DNA of 49,437 nt. Source: Octopus sinensis (Eukaryota). Location of the stretch: positions 1 through 49,437 of the forward strand of contig NW_021834863.1 of assembly GCF_006345805.1 (NCBI RefSeq), written 5' to 3'. A model generated the notes under the pieces. It did not search any database. It worked only from the letters and a program-made list of their open reading frames with translations, and was not told the origin of the DNA. This document shows, piece after piece, positions 1-13,248 of this stretch. Positions within the stretch are counted from its first letter, which is position 1. Each line of letters starts with the position of its first letter. Position numbers and translations under genes: made by a program.

Positions 1-1152
1 AGTCTATCTTCTCTCAAGACGTGCAGTGCCTTAGTAGATAAAATACAAACTACCAGCACATGGTCAAACATTTTTATTTTACGTACCCCTACATTTAATT
101 TTCTTCCTTCATCACAGTTTAACCCAAAATCAACCCTAATTGAGCGCTCTATCCGTGACCATCTCGTCAGTTTGTATATAAAAGAAGGACTATATTCTAT
201 ATATATCCAACATCAATTAAAGTAATAAGGGAGATTCGCCTGCTATTTCGAGCAGGCAGGGCAATGATTCAGGTAGGAGGGATATCTCAGTGGAGAGCTA
301 CCTGCTGTAGACTATCACAGGCATACTGAATGTTGTAGATCGAATGAATTTCGCAGCCTCTTCTATTCATTTGACGATATAGAAGTTAAATTGAGATCAG
401 TTCCCTATGAACAAAATTACTTTTTCTCAGAAGTCAGATTTTGTGAGTGATGCAATAATCAGCCTTTTAGGTGGAATGATATCTTAGTGATACTTACAAC
501 CAATATTGCTTTCTTTCATTGGCTCAAGGCCTCAGATCTGTGTGCGATGGAAAATATGACTGCGTAACGTTTATAACTTTCTCAATGGCTTTAGTGATGT
601 ATATAAAATAAAATGCCGACAAACGAGAAAGGAAACTGAACTGCATGTCGGCTTACCGGAAATTTACGGCATTCGTGTCTCTCAATCATTTACGATAAAG
701 CAACATTCTGAATCGTATATCTATATTGCATTTTGCTGTACAATGAATTGAGACGGTTGAATACTAACATAAAGTATTTCTTTGTAGTGGCATCACTGTT
801 TTCTGCTTGATTATTCTCTGTCAGATTTATGCACGCACTATTGTCTCTATAGAATTCAGTGCAAGAAGAGGTATGAGTTGTGATGTTTATGCATTTCCCC
901 AGGAATATTGTTTCGGAAGTGAAAGTGGCAAAAACCTTGAATCGTACCTGAAAGTTTAATCTCGTACTGCCAGTGTTGTAAATTACTGTACCACATTTTT
1001 TATCACGAATTTACGACCATTGATGTAAATAAAATAAACATTTTCGAATCTACACAATTTTATAAAGACAATCGTGTGAACAAGTGTCTTCTGATACTCC
1101 TCGGTTGACCAAAGCCCTATGTGAGAAATTAGATAGATGGGAACTATGCATG

Positions 1153-1153
1153 T

Positions 1154-1200
<47 letters not shown>

Positions 1201-1224
1201 CTATCTATCTATCTATCTATCATA

Positions 1225-1260
<36 letters not shown>

Positions 1261-1286
1261 GCCTGTCTATCTATCTATCTATTATC

Positions 1287-1317
<31 letters not shown>

Positions 1318-1390
1318 GATCTATCTATCTATCTATCTATCTATACTCTATCTATCTATCTATCTATGCCTGTCTATCTATCTATCTATA

Positions 1391-1460
<70 letters not shown>
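1153..1460. repeat. (TATC)n microsatellite, interrupted
   Basis: Directly visible; source of the YLSI/IYLS ORFs. Confidence 0.98.
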
Positions 1461-1464
<4 letters not shown>

Positions 1465-1515
1465 CTAAGGAAATGGTTCATCGTGACTTCGAAGTCAATA
1501 TCGAACTTTACCTTG

Positions 1516-1888
<373 letters not shown>

Positions 1889-2007
1889 GTAAATAAAAAG
1901 ACAGGGTTAATTATGTATGTAAGGATACCAATATAGGTTTTTTAGCATACAGTATACTTCTAGAGGCACTTTTTAATATATTTTTTTCCTTAATATTACT
2001 CCTTGCA

Positions 2008-2110
2008 GAGTCGATAAATAGAAAACAGTTGAATACTGGGGGTCGATATCATCAACTATCAACCTTCTCCGAAATTACTGGCTTTGTACCAAAATTTGGA
2101 GCCAATATTA
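2008..2110 (+). mobile_element. Degenerate 3' part of Nin/Deu-domain tRNA-derived SINE
   Basis: gtcgataaata...tactgggggtcgat...gaaattactggctttgtaccaaaatttg matches the tail of the intact copy at 20712-20926. Confidence 0.7.
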
Positions 2111-2159
2111 CTTGTAGTGAATTGGACACATACGCATACACAGAAATACACTCACCCAC

Positions 2160-2282
2160 GCACGAACACACACACACACACACACAACACACACACACAC
2201 ACCACACACACACACACACACACCACACACACACAACACACACGCAAGCACACACACACACACACGCACGCACACACACATG
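2160..2282. repeat. (CA)n microsatellite
   Basis: Directly visible. Confidence 0.97.
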
Positions 2283-2874
2283 CACATTGTATCTCACACA
2301 TAATCACGTAAGCACACACCGCCATACTCCCACACACTCCTACGCAGCTAGCAGATTTTTCTAAGCATTTTGACTTCCCTGTATATTGGTATATGTTTTA
2401 AGTTAGAAATATATATATAAATTCACAAGTTCCTTTCTTTTTAACAAGAGGGATATAATTGGTGTGCTGCCGAGAAGACATAAAATGGATTGGAAAGTAT
2501 TACATATTTTCTTTCTGTCTTTCTTCATTTCTTATTTCTTTCTCTCTTCCACTATTCCTCGATGTAAAAGACGAAAAAAAAACAAAAAGTCAAACTAGGA
2601 AAAATAACTTTCAAGGCCAAGAGTTAGTTCGAAGTTTCCTTTACTCAGGAGTAATTAATCTCCAGCTGTTTTGATATGTGCCCTTCTACCTTTTTTTTTT
2701 TTTTGCGAAGGACTCTTCAAGTTAAATGTTAGATTGGAAAGAAACGCTCCTGCCCTTCACTTCACAAAACCAGAAAAGTAAAAAAAAAAAAAAAATGACG
2801 CCATATTGGCAAAATGTCTGGCAAGTATTTCTTTCTTTTTTCTTCCTTTTTTTTTTTCAAATGTCATCCGGGTT

Positions 2875-2955
2875 TTAATTTACAATAATTCGTATGTAGT
2901 GTGGAAGCGAGCCAGGAAGGAAAGCAAGTGTCACTTTTCCTTGAGTAGGATTAAT
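2875..2955 (-). CDS. Speculative coding exon (INPTQGKVTLAFLPGSLPHYIRIIVN*)
   Basis: Strong minus-strand acceptor (long T tract, ttttccag|A) and an open phase-0 frame compatible with the candidate exon at 8920-9007. No homology recognised. Confidence 0.15.
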   Translation of the reverse strand: MNPTQGKVTLAFLPGSLPHYIRIIVN

Positions 2956-3163
2956 CTGGAAAACCATAATAAAAATTGAAAAAAAAAAAAAAAACCCCAA
3001 AGAAAATGAAAGGCGTAATTGTCGGCTTTGAAATACATTGATAATGAAGCAAATATATTGGCGCTTCTTATAAGCTGACCCTATTTCGCTGAAACGAATA
3101 TTATTTATGCATCTATCTCTTCCCTCCCTCCCTCCCTCCCCTCCCTTTCCCCCCCCCTCTCTC

Positions 3164-3243
<80 letters not shown>

Positions 3244-3527
3244 ATATGTATATATAAGGGAGAAAAAGAGCCCGATGCATAACGCAAAGTATCTGTATTA
3301 TTTATTTGCTGTAAAACTATATTATGAGCTTTTCAAGAACTAAGAGATTCGTGCTAAAACATTTGTTGCTTAAGCACAAAATTCGGGATCTTTGAAACCC
3401 TTAAGTCGTTTACTAGTTAATAAATGATATATAAGACAGTGCAAAAACAGAAAGAGAAAAGAAAAGAAAGAAAAAAATTACATACAAGCACAACACTCTA
3501 CAAAAGAAAGTATATCTATATATATGA

Positions 3528-3576
<49 letters not shown>

Positions 3577-4189
3577 GAGATCAGAAAAGAAAAGGAGTAA
3601 CAATGAAAATTAGAAGTTCATCATTGGTATAAATGTCATAGTTTAATTTACAGCGGCAAATGTTCTTTAACTACAATTAAACTAAGGCCTTTTAATACGA
3701 ATGATAAACTTCTAATTGCTAATTGCTACTCCATTTCTTTTCTTATCTAAATACATTAAACCGCGGTTTACCATTTAAATTACCAACTACTGTTAACCTT
3801 ATAGCAAGGCCTATACATAGTGAGGTAATATACCAGTAGTGCCTACGGATACATTTATCCCTTAGATCGTTGCATAATCTTTAACTAATTTTTTTTATGT
3901 ATATATGCTGAACTACAAAAGAAACGGCTCACTGTAAAAGATCAATTGAGATTATATGGATTTTATCACATTTCTAGGTAATTTGACATCAGTGAGATGT
4001 CACAGACCCACAACCTCACACTCTTTTGAAAACACAAGGATTGCATGTATGGTTCGAACTCTCTCACTTTTCGTGGACATGGTAATGTTCGCGAACGCAT
4101 CTTTATGAAAAGTATGATGCTCGTGAAAAACGTTGACTTATTGGGTATAAAAGGGACCCAAATTAACTAACCTGTTATAGTCCCCCTCC

Positions 4190-5300
4190 CCATTGGAGGT
4201 CACCGGGATGGTGAAAGGGTGTTGTCTTCGTTCGTTAAACTGATACTTCCTCGATTCACTAATTTTGGTGAATTGGAACCTTGGATCAAGCGTAGACCTA
4301 AGTTGGAAGCGTGGCAGGCCGAATGTCGGAGGTGGATATTGCCTAGTTGATGGCGGCACTTGTGATGGGTCTGGAGGATAAAATTTCCATCCTTCAGGCA
4401 ACTAAAATAGAGCAGCAGAATTGGCAAGGGCAGGGGCTAGAGGTGCTAATATAAGCAGCCCCTGCCGACTTGGAGCAAATTGTTGACACTATACAGGTGG
4501 GGGAGGAGACCAAGTTTAGGGTGATGGTCGAGGGGAGGAAGCCCTGATGCTACAAATGTCGCCAAAAAGGCCACATAAGAGTAGAGTACCCGCCTCCCCC
4601 GCGAAAGCTTCGGTTTCCCCACCTCTTGAAAAAGTTACCGCACCCCCAGTGACAACCGAGGCCTCCTCTGAAGTAGACAATAGAGGTGGAAGCTAGGATG
4701 GAGGAAACATAGGAGGACACATCAGAAAATGAAAGGACTAACCCCACCAAACAAAAAAAGAAAAAAATTACCAGATAGCCCCATCAGTCCCAGCACGTGT
4801 TTAAAAATACCCTACAAGCACACAAGACACACACCAAACCGGACAATAATATTATGGTCGTAAAGGCTAACAATAATAAACTCATGAATATGCTTCAAGA
4901 AATTCCCACAGCGGAACGGATCAAAAACGGTTACAAAAACGCTCCGGAAAATGTAAAAATATTTCACATCGATAGTTTGAACTATCGTATTTTAGAACGC
5001 GAATTCCCCAAAGACATAGGCTTTATGAGGAAAGACTTTCCTCCTCAAATTTTTGAGGGCTTTATTAAGGAAAACCCAAAGCCCTCAAACCCCAGAATGA
5101 AGGATGAGATGGGATTACCATTCCATCTCACCCAAAAGTAAGTTCCCTTTATGTCTACACTCAACGTAGGGTGCATAAATGTCGCGACCTGGCAGAAGAT
5201 TGGAAGCAAGAACGCCTCCTTAATGACTTTAAGTCGCTTAGATTGGATGTGACAATTGCCACAGAAACCAGACCGAGCGGACTGCGAGGCTATTCTCCCT
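4190..5300 (+). mobile_element. Old L1/Tx1-clade LINE fragment: ORF1 with zinc knuckle plus start of ORF2 APE endonuclease
   Basis: 4548-4592 reads CYKCRQKGHIRVEY(P), a CX2CX4HX4C knuckle with the last C mutated to Y, preceded by VMVEGRKP. ORF1 tail is 4797-5141. ATG at 5151 gives MSTLNVGCINV-RDL..WKQERLLNDFKSLRLDVTIATETR, homologous to the APE start at 38983. Confidence 0.85.
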
Positions 5301-5304
5301 CCTG

Positions 5305-5810
5305 GCGCAGGTATGATCCATTAGAATTTCATTAAACCTGGCTCATCAATCACGGCCGAAATATACTGCAGCGAACTGGACCAAATGAGGCAGAAACTTA
5401 CAAAACAAAAAATAGCCTAGATTAGTCAACAGATCCACTCCTACTATATTGCAAGACAAATCCAGACCACACATCGCAAAAATGACATTGGCGAAACTAC
5501 AGGAGTTGGAGTTGGAAGTTCTCCATCATCCACCATACTCACCCAATCTTGCCTCTACTGACTACCACTTCTTCCAGAATTTGGATACCATTTTGATAGG
5601 AATTTAATTCCGACGATGCTGTAAGACAGGCCTTCCAAGATTTTATTGACTCTAGATTGCCAGGCTTTTACATTTCCGGGCTGGACAAGCTACCGCTGAA
5701 ATGGCAAAAATTGTATTGACAATACGGGTGCATACTTTGATGAATAAAACTATTCCTTGTATTTATAAAACATTAGCAAACTTTTTTCTACAGATTTCAT
5801 ATTTGACCTA

Positions 5811-5811
<1 letters not shown>
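5305..5811 (+). mobile_element. Mariner transposase C-terminal half with right terminal inverted repeat
   Basis: Reads GMIH..KPGSSITAEIYCSELDQM..LQDKSRPH..HPPYSPNLASTDYHFF..KW..CIDNTGAYFDE* (stop 5745-5747), i.e. the mariner HDNARPH and YSPDLAPSDY motifs. Ends catatttgacctaa followed by TA. Confidence 0.9.
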
Positions 5812-5857
<46 letters not shown>

Positions 5858-6059
5858 CGTGTGCGTGTGTGTGTGTGTGTGTGTACATACATACATACAT
5901 ATATATATATAATTGCATACGCATACATATAGTTAATCTCTGTCGTTCAACGAGGTGGATTCATTTGCTCGATCAACTGGATTACCTGCTCCTGCATTAG
6001 CGTGCATGTATTCTTCAGAAACATGTACCATTGAGGTAAATCTCAGGTAGACATGACTA

Positions 6060-6595
6060 TATAGGCAAAAAATGTATTGGGATGTTAGCCAGATGTGTCG
6101 CTACAAAACAGCAGAAAAGTGTTATGAAGGCTGCGATAGAAAATATGAGTTACTTGATTTTATAGAATTTCCTCATAAAGACTGACCATACTATGGAAGT
6201 AAAGAAGAACAAATATGATCATAGATGGCAAAATAAATAGTGTAAGACCATAGATTTTGCAATTTCCTATGACAGCGAAGCCGATACGAAAAAAATTGAA
6301 AAAAATTGAGAAATATCAGGATATAGCCAGGGAGCTGAGGAGACTGTGGAAGATCAAGACAACTATTATTCCTGTCGTAATTGGTGCACTTGGCACAACA
6401 CCCAAAATGCTACATAAAGGAGCGAAAGAGATTGAAATTGGAACACGCATTATCGACCTTCAGAAAAGTATCATCTCATATTCTGCAAGAACCTTAAGGA
6501 AGAGTTTTGAGAATTGAGGAGACTTTTTTGTCACCAAACTTCAAGATAAAATACCTTGCTAACTAAATCAGCAAGTACTAGCGTAAAAATAATAA
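6060..6595 (+). mobile_element. R4/Dong-like REL LINE, 3' fragment
   Basis: Reads IDFAISYDS..KKIEKYQDIARELRRLWKIKTTIIPVVIGALG..LQKSII..ARTLRK, the restriction-like endonuclease C-terminus. Ends at short aataataat. Confidence 0.85.
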
Positions 6596-6735
6596 TTCTT
6601 TCTGCCATAGGCACAAAGCCTGGAATGTTCTGAGGGGAGGGTCTCGTCGATTCTCTCGACCCTGGTACTTGATTAGTTGATTTTTTGTCAACCCCAAGAG
6701 GATGAAAGGCAAAATCGACAACAGTGGAATATGAA
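6590..6735 (-). mobile_element. Nin/Deu-domain SINE, partial
   Basis: Reverse complement of the gcctttcatcc..gtcga core and gccttgtgccta tail. Confidence 0.75.
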
Positions 6736-6774
6736 TACTAATAATGGCAATAATAAAAAAAAAATTATTATTAC

Positions 6775-7476
6775 TGAGTGGGAGAGCAGCGCATACCATC
6801 AAAGTGACACTAGGGTACAAATATACGAAGCCCAATATACTCATCATGACTACCCGTCCAATGAGTGTACACCAGGCACATGCATTACAACCATATGTGC
6901 GCGACATAGTGGTCCCATATCAAGATAAACAACGCATGACTTTGCAGGTGGGGCCCAGTTAGAATTTTCTTCAGGTCTAGTGGCCCATCCCGCTCAAGAG
7001 GTCCCCGAATAAGGTTTGTTTAAGGATGATGGATGAAACACATATTTTTCCAGAGGAGAATTATTAAAACCCCAAAGAATTCCTCTCAATACATGACTTT
7101 GATGCCCCCCCACTACTTCTGTTCGGGACCAGAGATGCACATATCGTCAGCCACGAAGGGACATGCTCTACTGGTTAAGGTCAAATTTGAAGCGCAAATC
7201 TGTAGTACTCAGCAGAATTCTTGTTGTAGCCCATCTTTATACCAAGACTTATTAGTGGATGGTACCTCTCTAAGTGTATACCTGTGAGTCGAAGAGAAAG
7301 AATTGGAAAAGGCACTTGCTCTTGGTGTTCAGGAAATTCTCGGACAGTGGAGTTTCTCGATTATCCCAAGAGGTCATCCTGTATCAGGAGAGCTACATCT
7401 CCTTTTTATCATTTTTACTTTATGTCTGTCTTCGTATTGTCCACCTCATCCTTTGCCCTGGTGGAAAATAAATGAA
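6775..7476 (-). mobile_element. Probable 3' region of a non-LTR element bounded by (TAA)n, family uncertain
   Basis: GC-richer block with ATT repeats on both sides; on the minus strand it ends ctctcccactcag-taataataat. No clear coding homology. Confidence 0.5.
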
Positions 7477-7561
7477 TCAATATTATTATTATTATTATTA
7501 TATTATTATTATATTATTATTATTATTATTATATTGTGAATTTATTATTATTATTATTATT
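7477..7561. repeat. (ATT)n microsatellite
   Basis: Directly visible. Confidence 0.95.
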
Positions 7562-8470
7562 TAGTTTGACTTTGCTTATATTTGTACAAGTTGGCTCCAA
7601 GTCTCACCCAGAGACCTCAAGAGACAACAGGGTTGGAAGTTCATGTTGTGTTATGCCTAGTGTGCCATATATTGGGGGGTGGGGATGTTGTACTAATGAA
7701 TGTCTAAAAAAAAAAAATTTTTTTTTTTTTTTTTTTTTTTAAAAACCGAAAATTATGTTGTTTTAAACCTTGAGGTTACATAGAGAGTATTTTGCGTAGG
7801 ATATGAGCATTTCCCATGAGCACTATCTTTTGAACTTCTGCCATTTTTGGGTTTCCTGGTATCTGAGTTAGGTAGCTATCAGCCCTTTTGCTATCATTCC
7901 AGGGCACCTATGACAACAGGTATTGTTTTAGTCTTCAGCTTCCAATTTTGCTGATTTCTATTCAAGATTTTATATTGCTCAGTTTTTGGTAGGTCCTGAC
8001 AGATACGTTTATATCGATTGGGACAGTCATATCAATGGGAGGCATGTTCTTTGTTTGAAGTCTTTCAATATGATGTAGGCCTATTTGCATCTATCTCCTG
8101 TCAGTTTGAATGGTTGAAGTTCCAGGGAGTGAGATGTGGTCATTTTCAAGCACTGGGGGTGGTTTGTGTTCCCACCAGTTTTTCTCATGGGGCAACTCCA
8201 TGTTTTTACAGATTACCCAGTGTATATTGTGCAGCTCTATCGTGCCTGTTGAGATACTCTGTAGGCGCTAGAAGACTGCACTTGGAGACCACATGGTCAA
8301 TGGTTTCATTTTGTTGCTTGCATACACGACACGTTGGACTGCTTCTGATCTTAATATGTTGGCCTGGTAGTTTCTTGTTGGTAGGCATTGATCTTGAGCT
8401 GCTATGATAAACCTCCGTTTCAGATTTTAGCCAGAGGCCATTAGCCATTGATGGGTCAGGGCTTTGTCGA
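7562..8470 (-). mobile_element. 5'-truncated R4/Dong-like REL LINE inserted in (TAA)n
   Basis: CRVCKQQNETIDHVVSKCSLLAPTEYLNRHD zinc finger; degenerate RPDIILKD..CL.ID..P..KY.DLEIE..W..KTIPVVIGAL; ..QKIVLMGNAHILRKILSM* near 7781; 3' UTR, then TAA repeats. Confidence 0.9.
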
Positions 8471-8490
8471 TATCTGCATTATTCGCTCTC

Positions 8491-8705
<215 letters not shown>

Positions 8706-8919
8706 ATACAACCATATACATGCATATGCAGACACATATACATATACATACAAGCATACATAAACAAATTAAACCACACACACACAGATGCATACATACT
8801 GACAGACAGGTACAAACATAATTACAGAAGCATATGCGCCCACATATTCACAAATTATCGATAATTCCGACGGCGCCTTTCACATCGAATGCAGTGGTGT
8901 CGTTTAGCACATCACTCAC

Positions 8920-9007
8920 GGCATGGTAGTTATTTTTACTTCTTTTATTGCGACCAGAGAAACAGTGGTGATAGTGTAGTGATGATTTCCTGTCGGCTTT
9001 GCTGCCA
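8920..9007 (-). CDS. Speculative coding exon (S-GSKADRKSSLHYHHCFSGRNKRSKNNYHA)
   Basis: Donor GCC|GTGAGT, acceptor ctgctag|T, 88 nt. Open in the phase required by the candidate exon at 27147-27253; contains the furin-type motif RNKR. Confidence 0.2.
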
Positions 9008-9586
9008 CTAGCAGACATCACAAACATTTAATAGTAAGACAGAAGCATTTGTTACTGTCTCTTCTTTTCAATTACGTATGGATTCTACCAAGAAATATCT
9101 GCTCGTAAATCACAAGCAGGAATTGAAGCATCTTAAAGGGAACGTATATTAAATTTTGCTGAAGCTAAGTCTCTGAACGACATACTTGTCACAGACTTTG
9201 TGTAAAGCGATGTACAAGAGGAATTGCCGCAGTAAACAGCCCGTAGTCGATACTGCAATTTAAAAGGCAATGCCGGGCATCCAAAAGAATGACACACAGT
9301 CTTTCTGGGAAAATACTTAGAGTACGAGATCCCATATCGTTAGAAAAGGGTATAGTCGGTAAAATAGCCTTACTTTATTTTTTAAATTTAATTTGTTTGT
9401 TTTATATGAGAATGAGCGATGAATAGCATCGTTGGTTATAAGTTTCCAATGGACAAAATGGAAAAACTCCCGGTTCAGTGCTTTTCTGGCGGCGAGAGCG
9501 AAAATAGAATGTCTGTTACTCGGCGTTGTACAAAAATCGGTGAAAGAGTTTTCAGTCTTTTTGTTGTCGCTGTATACATCCGTTCC

Positions 9587-9836
<250 letters not shown>

Positions 9837-9864
9837 GAATGACAGATATATGATTACATATTAC

Positions 9865-10204
9865 ATGTAAGCCTGCTGACCACGTTAATGCGGGTGGTTT
9901 CCAACATTCGAGTTGTATATTTGGAGAATATCTACCATTATCCTTGTCATATAATAGGAGTTGGTATCGCTGTTAAGCTCAGTTGGCCGGCCAGAGCGAG
10001 ATGCATCTAGAACGAAAAGATTTTCCTATCGAAATCTTGAAAACTATTTCAAATACACACGTTCTGTAACAGTATATTCTCCGTATACTGTATATCGCAT
10101 ATCTTTCTGCAGCTTCCCGCAGCTTTCTTGGTTTTTCTATTCTGTTTTGTAATCCTTTGATAAAAATGCATAAGATGTTGATAATGTTCGTTTTACTTCT
10201 CCAT
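9865..10204 (-). mobile_element. Mariner transposase N-terminal (HTH) fragment, degenerate
   Basis: Reads MEK*NEHYQHLMHFY..VYGEYTVTERV..F.RF..LDASRSGRPTELNSD..YMTRIMVDILQI.NSNVGNH, matching mariner MENQNEHFRH..RSGRP..TTRE.A..L. Confidence 0.8.
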
Positions 10205-10909
10205 TTTCAGTGTGATCCCAACTCTTGCCACCAGTTCGCGTTGAATTACGTTGAAGTATCAAGTGCGCATACACATGGGACTCACTGAAGTTTCTTTTCT
10301 TCGAAACTAACTGGTTATATTTATATCCATTCAAATAAGAATATATACAATTTTATTGAAAGAAGAATGCATGCACGGTCTTTCTCCGAAAATAAAATCC
10401 TGAATATATGCCTCTCTTTTAATTTCATATTACTTCATTTGAACCGCATAAAACAGATGAAAACGTTTTTATCAGAAATGTATATTAGATGCCATTTCAT
10501 AATAAATTAAAGGGTTTAATTTTATTATCATTTCTCGACAATTTTAGAACATTTAATATGTTCGCATTAGATAAAAAAAAGTTTAATAATCAAGGATAGC
10601 AATACAACCACTTAATGTCTAAGATGAAAATTTCACCTGTCTTGAAGACATTCTGAAGACTCCTTTAAAACAGGTAATAACTATGACAAAGATAGTAATT
10701 AATGTTCTATATCTGAAAATCTTTATATGTCGTCAAGATTTATTTTGCCTTCAGTCACAATTGCTGCAAACTGAAGACTGTCTCAATTTGCTGCCTTGGT
10801 TAATACATATGTAAATTTCCTGTTTTCTGATCTGAGTAGGGATGAGCTTTCATCGATAAAGTGGAGAATACAACTATTTGATTTTAATCGTTATTAATTT
10901 TATTTGGAT

Positions 10910-11160
10910 GAATTGGCGTAGTTAAGATGCTGAGTTCACAGCCATAAGTCCGTGTTTTCATTCCTGGACCGAGTGATGCATCGTACACTTGAACTAGATA
11001 CATCATTTCATGCTGCTTCAATCTACTTCGTTGTAAATATATACCAGCCGGCTGTTGGCGCATCTTTCTGTCCCGCCAGCTGTCATTTTCTATGTTCTGT
11101 TGAGTCGAGAGTGGGACGATTGAAGGGATGTCTATGTCTGTCTTAAACCAGAGAGGCACC
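10910..11160 (+). mobile_element. Old degenerate tRNA-derived SINE with CORE-like centre
   Basis: A/B-box-like head tggcgtagttaag..ttcattcctgg and catcatttcatgctgcttcaatctact resembling the copy at 11622. Confidence 0.55.
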
Positions 11161-11621
11161 TAAAACAACGATAGTATGAAACGAGCTACCAGATCACACT
11201 CGTCTGCATGAATTTCAACTTACTTATATTGCATTTATATTGCATAGGTTTTCTTAAGTGAGAAAAATCTGCTAGATTAAACGTTATTTTTCTGTAACTG
11301 CTTCAGTCTGTTATAGATAAAAGAAAGGCTTGTTTCAAAATAACTTTAAAATTTCATATGGTTTCCACTGTTAGATATTAAAATCAATACCACTGCATAT
11401 AACACCCTTAACACTTAATTCATAAATAACTTAAAACTTTATATATGGCTTTCTCTGTTAGGTGTTAAAATCAGTTCTACTCGAAATGAAAAGATTACCA
11501 TTCAATTCATAAATGAGCTCACGTGGAACTGATTTTCAGTAACAGATGTAAGATACCAACAGCAATTCATCAGTTGTTGTTTAAGATTATATTTAACATC
11601 TGGCATATCATATAAGTGTAG

Positions 11622-11870
11622 AGGCGCATGGCTTAGTGGTTAGGGTGTCAGCACCATGATCGTAAGATTGTGGTTTCGATTCCTGTCCCGGGCGACGCGT
11701 TGTGTTCTTGAGCAAAACACTTCATTTCATGTTGCTCCAGTTCACTCTGCTGGCAAAAATGAGTAACGCTCCGATGGACTGGCGTCTCGTCCAGCTGCAG
11801 AACACATATGCCATGGAAACCGGGAAACCAGGCCCATGAGCCTAGTTAGGCTTTAAAAGGGCGCATTTAT
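11622..11870 (+). mobile_element. tRNA-derived SINE with CORE-like centre (family B)
   Basis: A box tggcttagtgg, B-box-like gtttcgattcc, centre ttgagcaaaacacttcatttcatgttgctccag and gatggactggcgtctcgtccag. Confidence 0.85.
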
Positions 11871-12081
11871 TTTTATTACATAATATAAGTAGTTATTGTG
11901 ATTGTTTAGTGATAAGATCGCCATGATCAAGCAGACCTATGATCAAAGCAATCACGCCAAGGGCATCTCGTCTTTTCTACAGAGGATAGTTGATTTACCT
12001 TACGCTATACAATATGTACCTTCATCTTTTTAAATGATAGGAAGTAGTTTGAAGGAGATTTAGCTTCTATCATTCAAATAT

Positions 12082-12512
12082 AGGCGCAGGAGTGGCTGTG
12101 TGGTAAGTAGCTTGCTTACCGACCACATGCTTCCGGGTTCATTCCCACTGCGTGGCACCTTGGACAAGTGTCTTCTACTATAGCCTCGGGCCGACAAAAG
12201 CCTCGTGAGTGGATTTGGTAGACGAAAACTGAAAGAAGCCCGTCGTATATATGTATATATATGTTTATGTATATGTTTGTGTGTCTGTGTTTGTCCCCCA
12301 ACATCGCTTGACAACCGATACTAGTGTGTTTACGTCCCCGTAACTTAGCAGCTCGGCAAAAGAGACCGATAGAATAAGTACTAGGCTTACAAAGAATAAT
12401 TCCTGTGATCGATTTACTCGACTAAAGACGGTGCTCCAGCATGGCCACAGTCAAATGACTGAAACAAGTAATAGAGTAAAAGGGTAAAAGAGTAAAAGAG
12501 TAAAAGAGTATA
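12082..12512 (+). mobile_element. Full-length octopus OR-type tRNA-derived SINE (family A)
   Basis: A box tggctgtgtgg, B box ggttcattccc, core caagtgtcttctactatagcctcgggccgac, internal TA/TG linker, (gtaaaaga)n tail. The family name is from recall and approximate. Confidence 0.9.
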
Positions 12513-13204
12513 TCTAGCAACCACGTAGAAACATTCTTAGTGGCTCCTTATAAACTGATTTATTGCATTGACACAATATCAAAGATTCATGCACTCGACT
12601 GTATAATGCTCTATCTACCAATACATATTACTGGTACTGATTGTACGAATTGGATTGTTAACGCCATAACAGCAGCAGTGTTGGTTTGAGCGCAGCAAGT
12701 AAAGAGGCATAATTGGAGCCGGTAATTTTGTACAACACTATAAAAATTCAACGTCTAACTTTTTTTTTATTAAAAAAATATGAATCGAATTATTTTGTTT
12801 AATATTATAAAAGTCAAACTGATATTTTAGTTCATATATCAAAAAAAAAAAAAAAAAACCTCCGAAAACATAATTATCGCCCCAGTAATGCCACTGCCTC
12901 TGGCTGAAACCAAATAGAGAATAAAGCATAATACAGGATTATTCCGAAGACCCTTCAGCATTTAAATATTATTTAAAATCCTTTTATTTTGTTTTTATAT
13001 ATTTTAGATACTATGTTTGCTGTTTTCTTGTGTATATAAATACAAATACACACACAAACGACAGCGCACACCCATACACACACGAACACACGCGCGCATG
13101 TGTATGAATATATGAGTATATATAGATACATGTATACATATGCATACATACATTCACACAAAAACAAAAACACAATCACACAGACACAAAGACACACACA
13201 GTCA

Positions 13205-13248
<44 letters not shown>

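Noticed and set aside
825-870. 46-nt plus-strand segment with good acceptor and donor (IYARTIVSIEFSARR)
   Set aside because: Isolated, short and without homology; such sites are expected by chance in AT-rich DNA.
2600-3900. Unique sequence with several TAAT/GGATTA motifs and a 14-bp palindrome (taaaccgcggttta)
   Set aside because: These motifs are frequent at this AT content; enhancer function cannot be supported without conservation data.
11622-11700. tRNA-like heads (also 12082, 20712, 44800)
   Set aside because: A/B boxes are present, but there is no complete cloverleaf and they continue into SINE bodies, so they are not tRNA genes.
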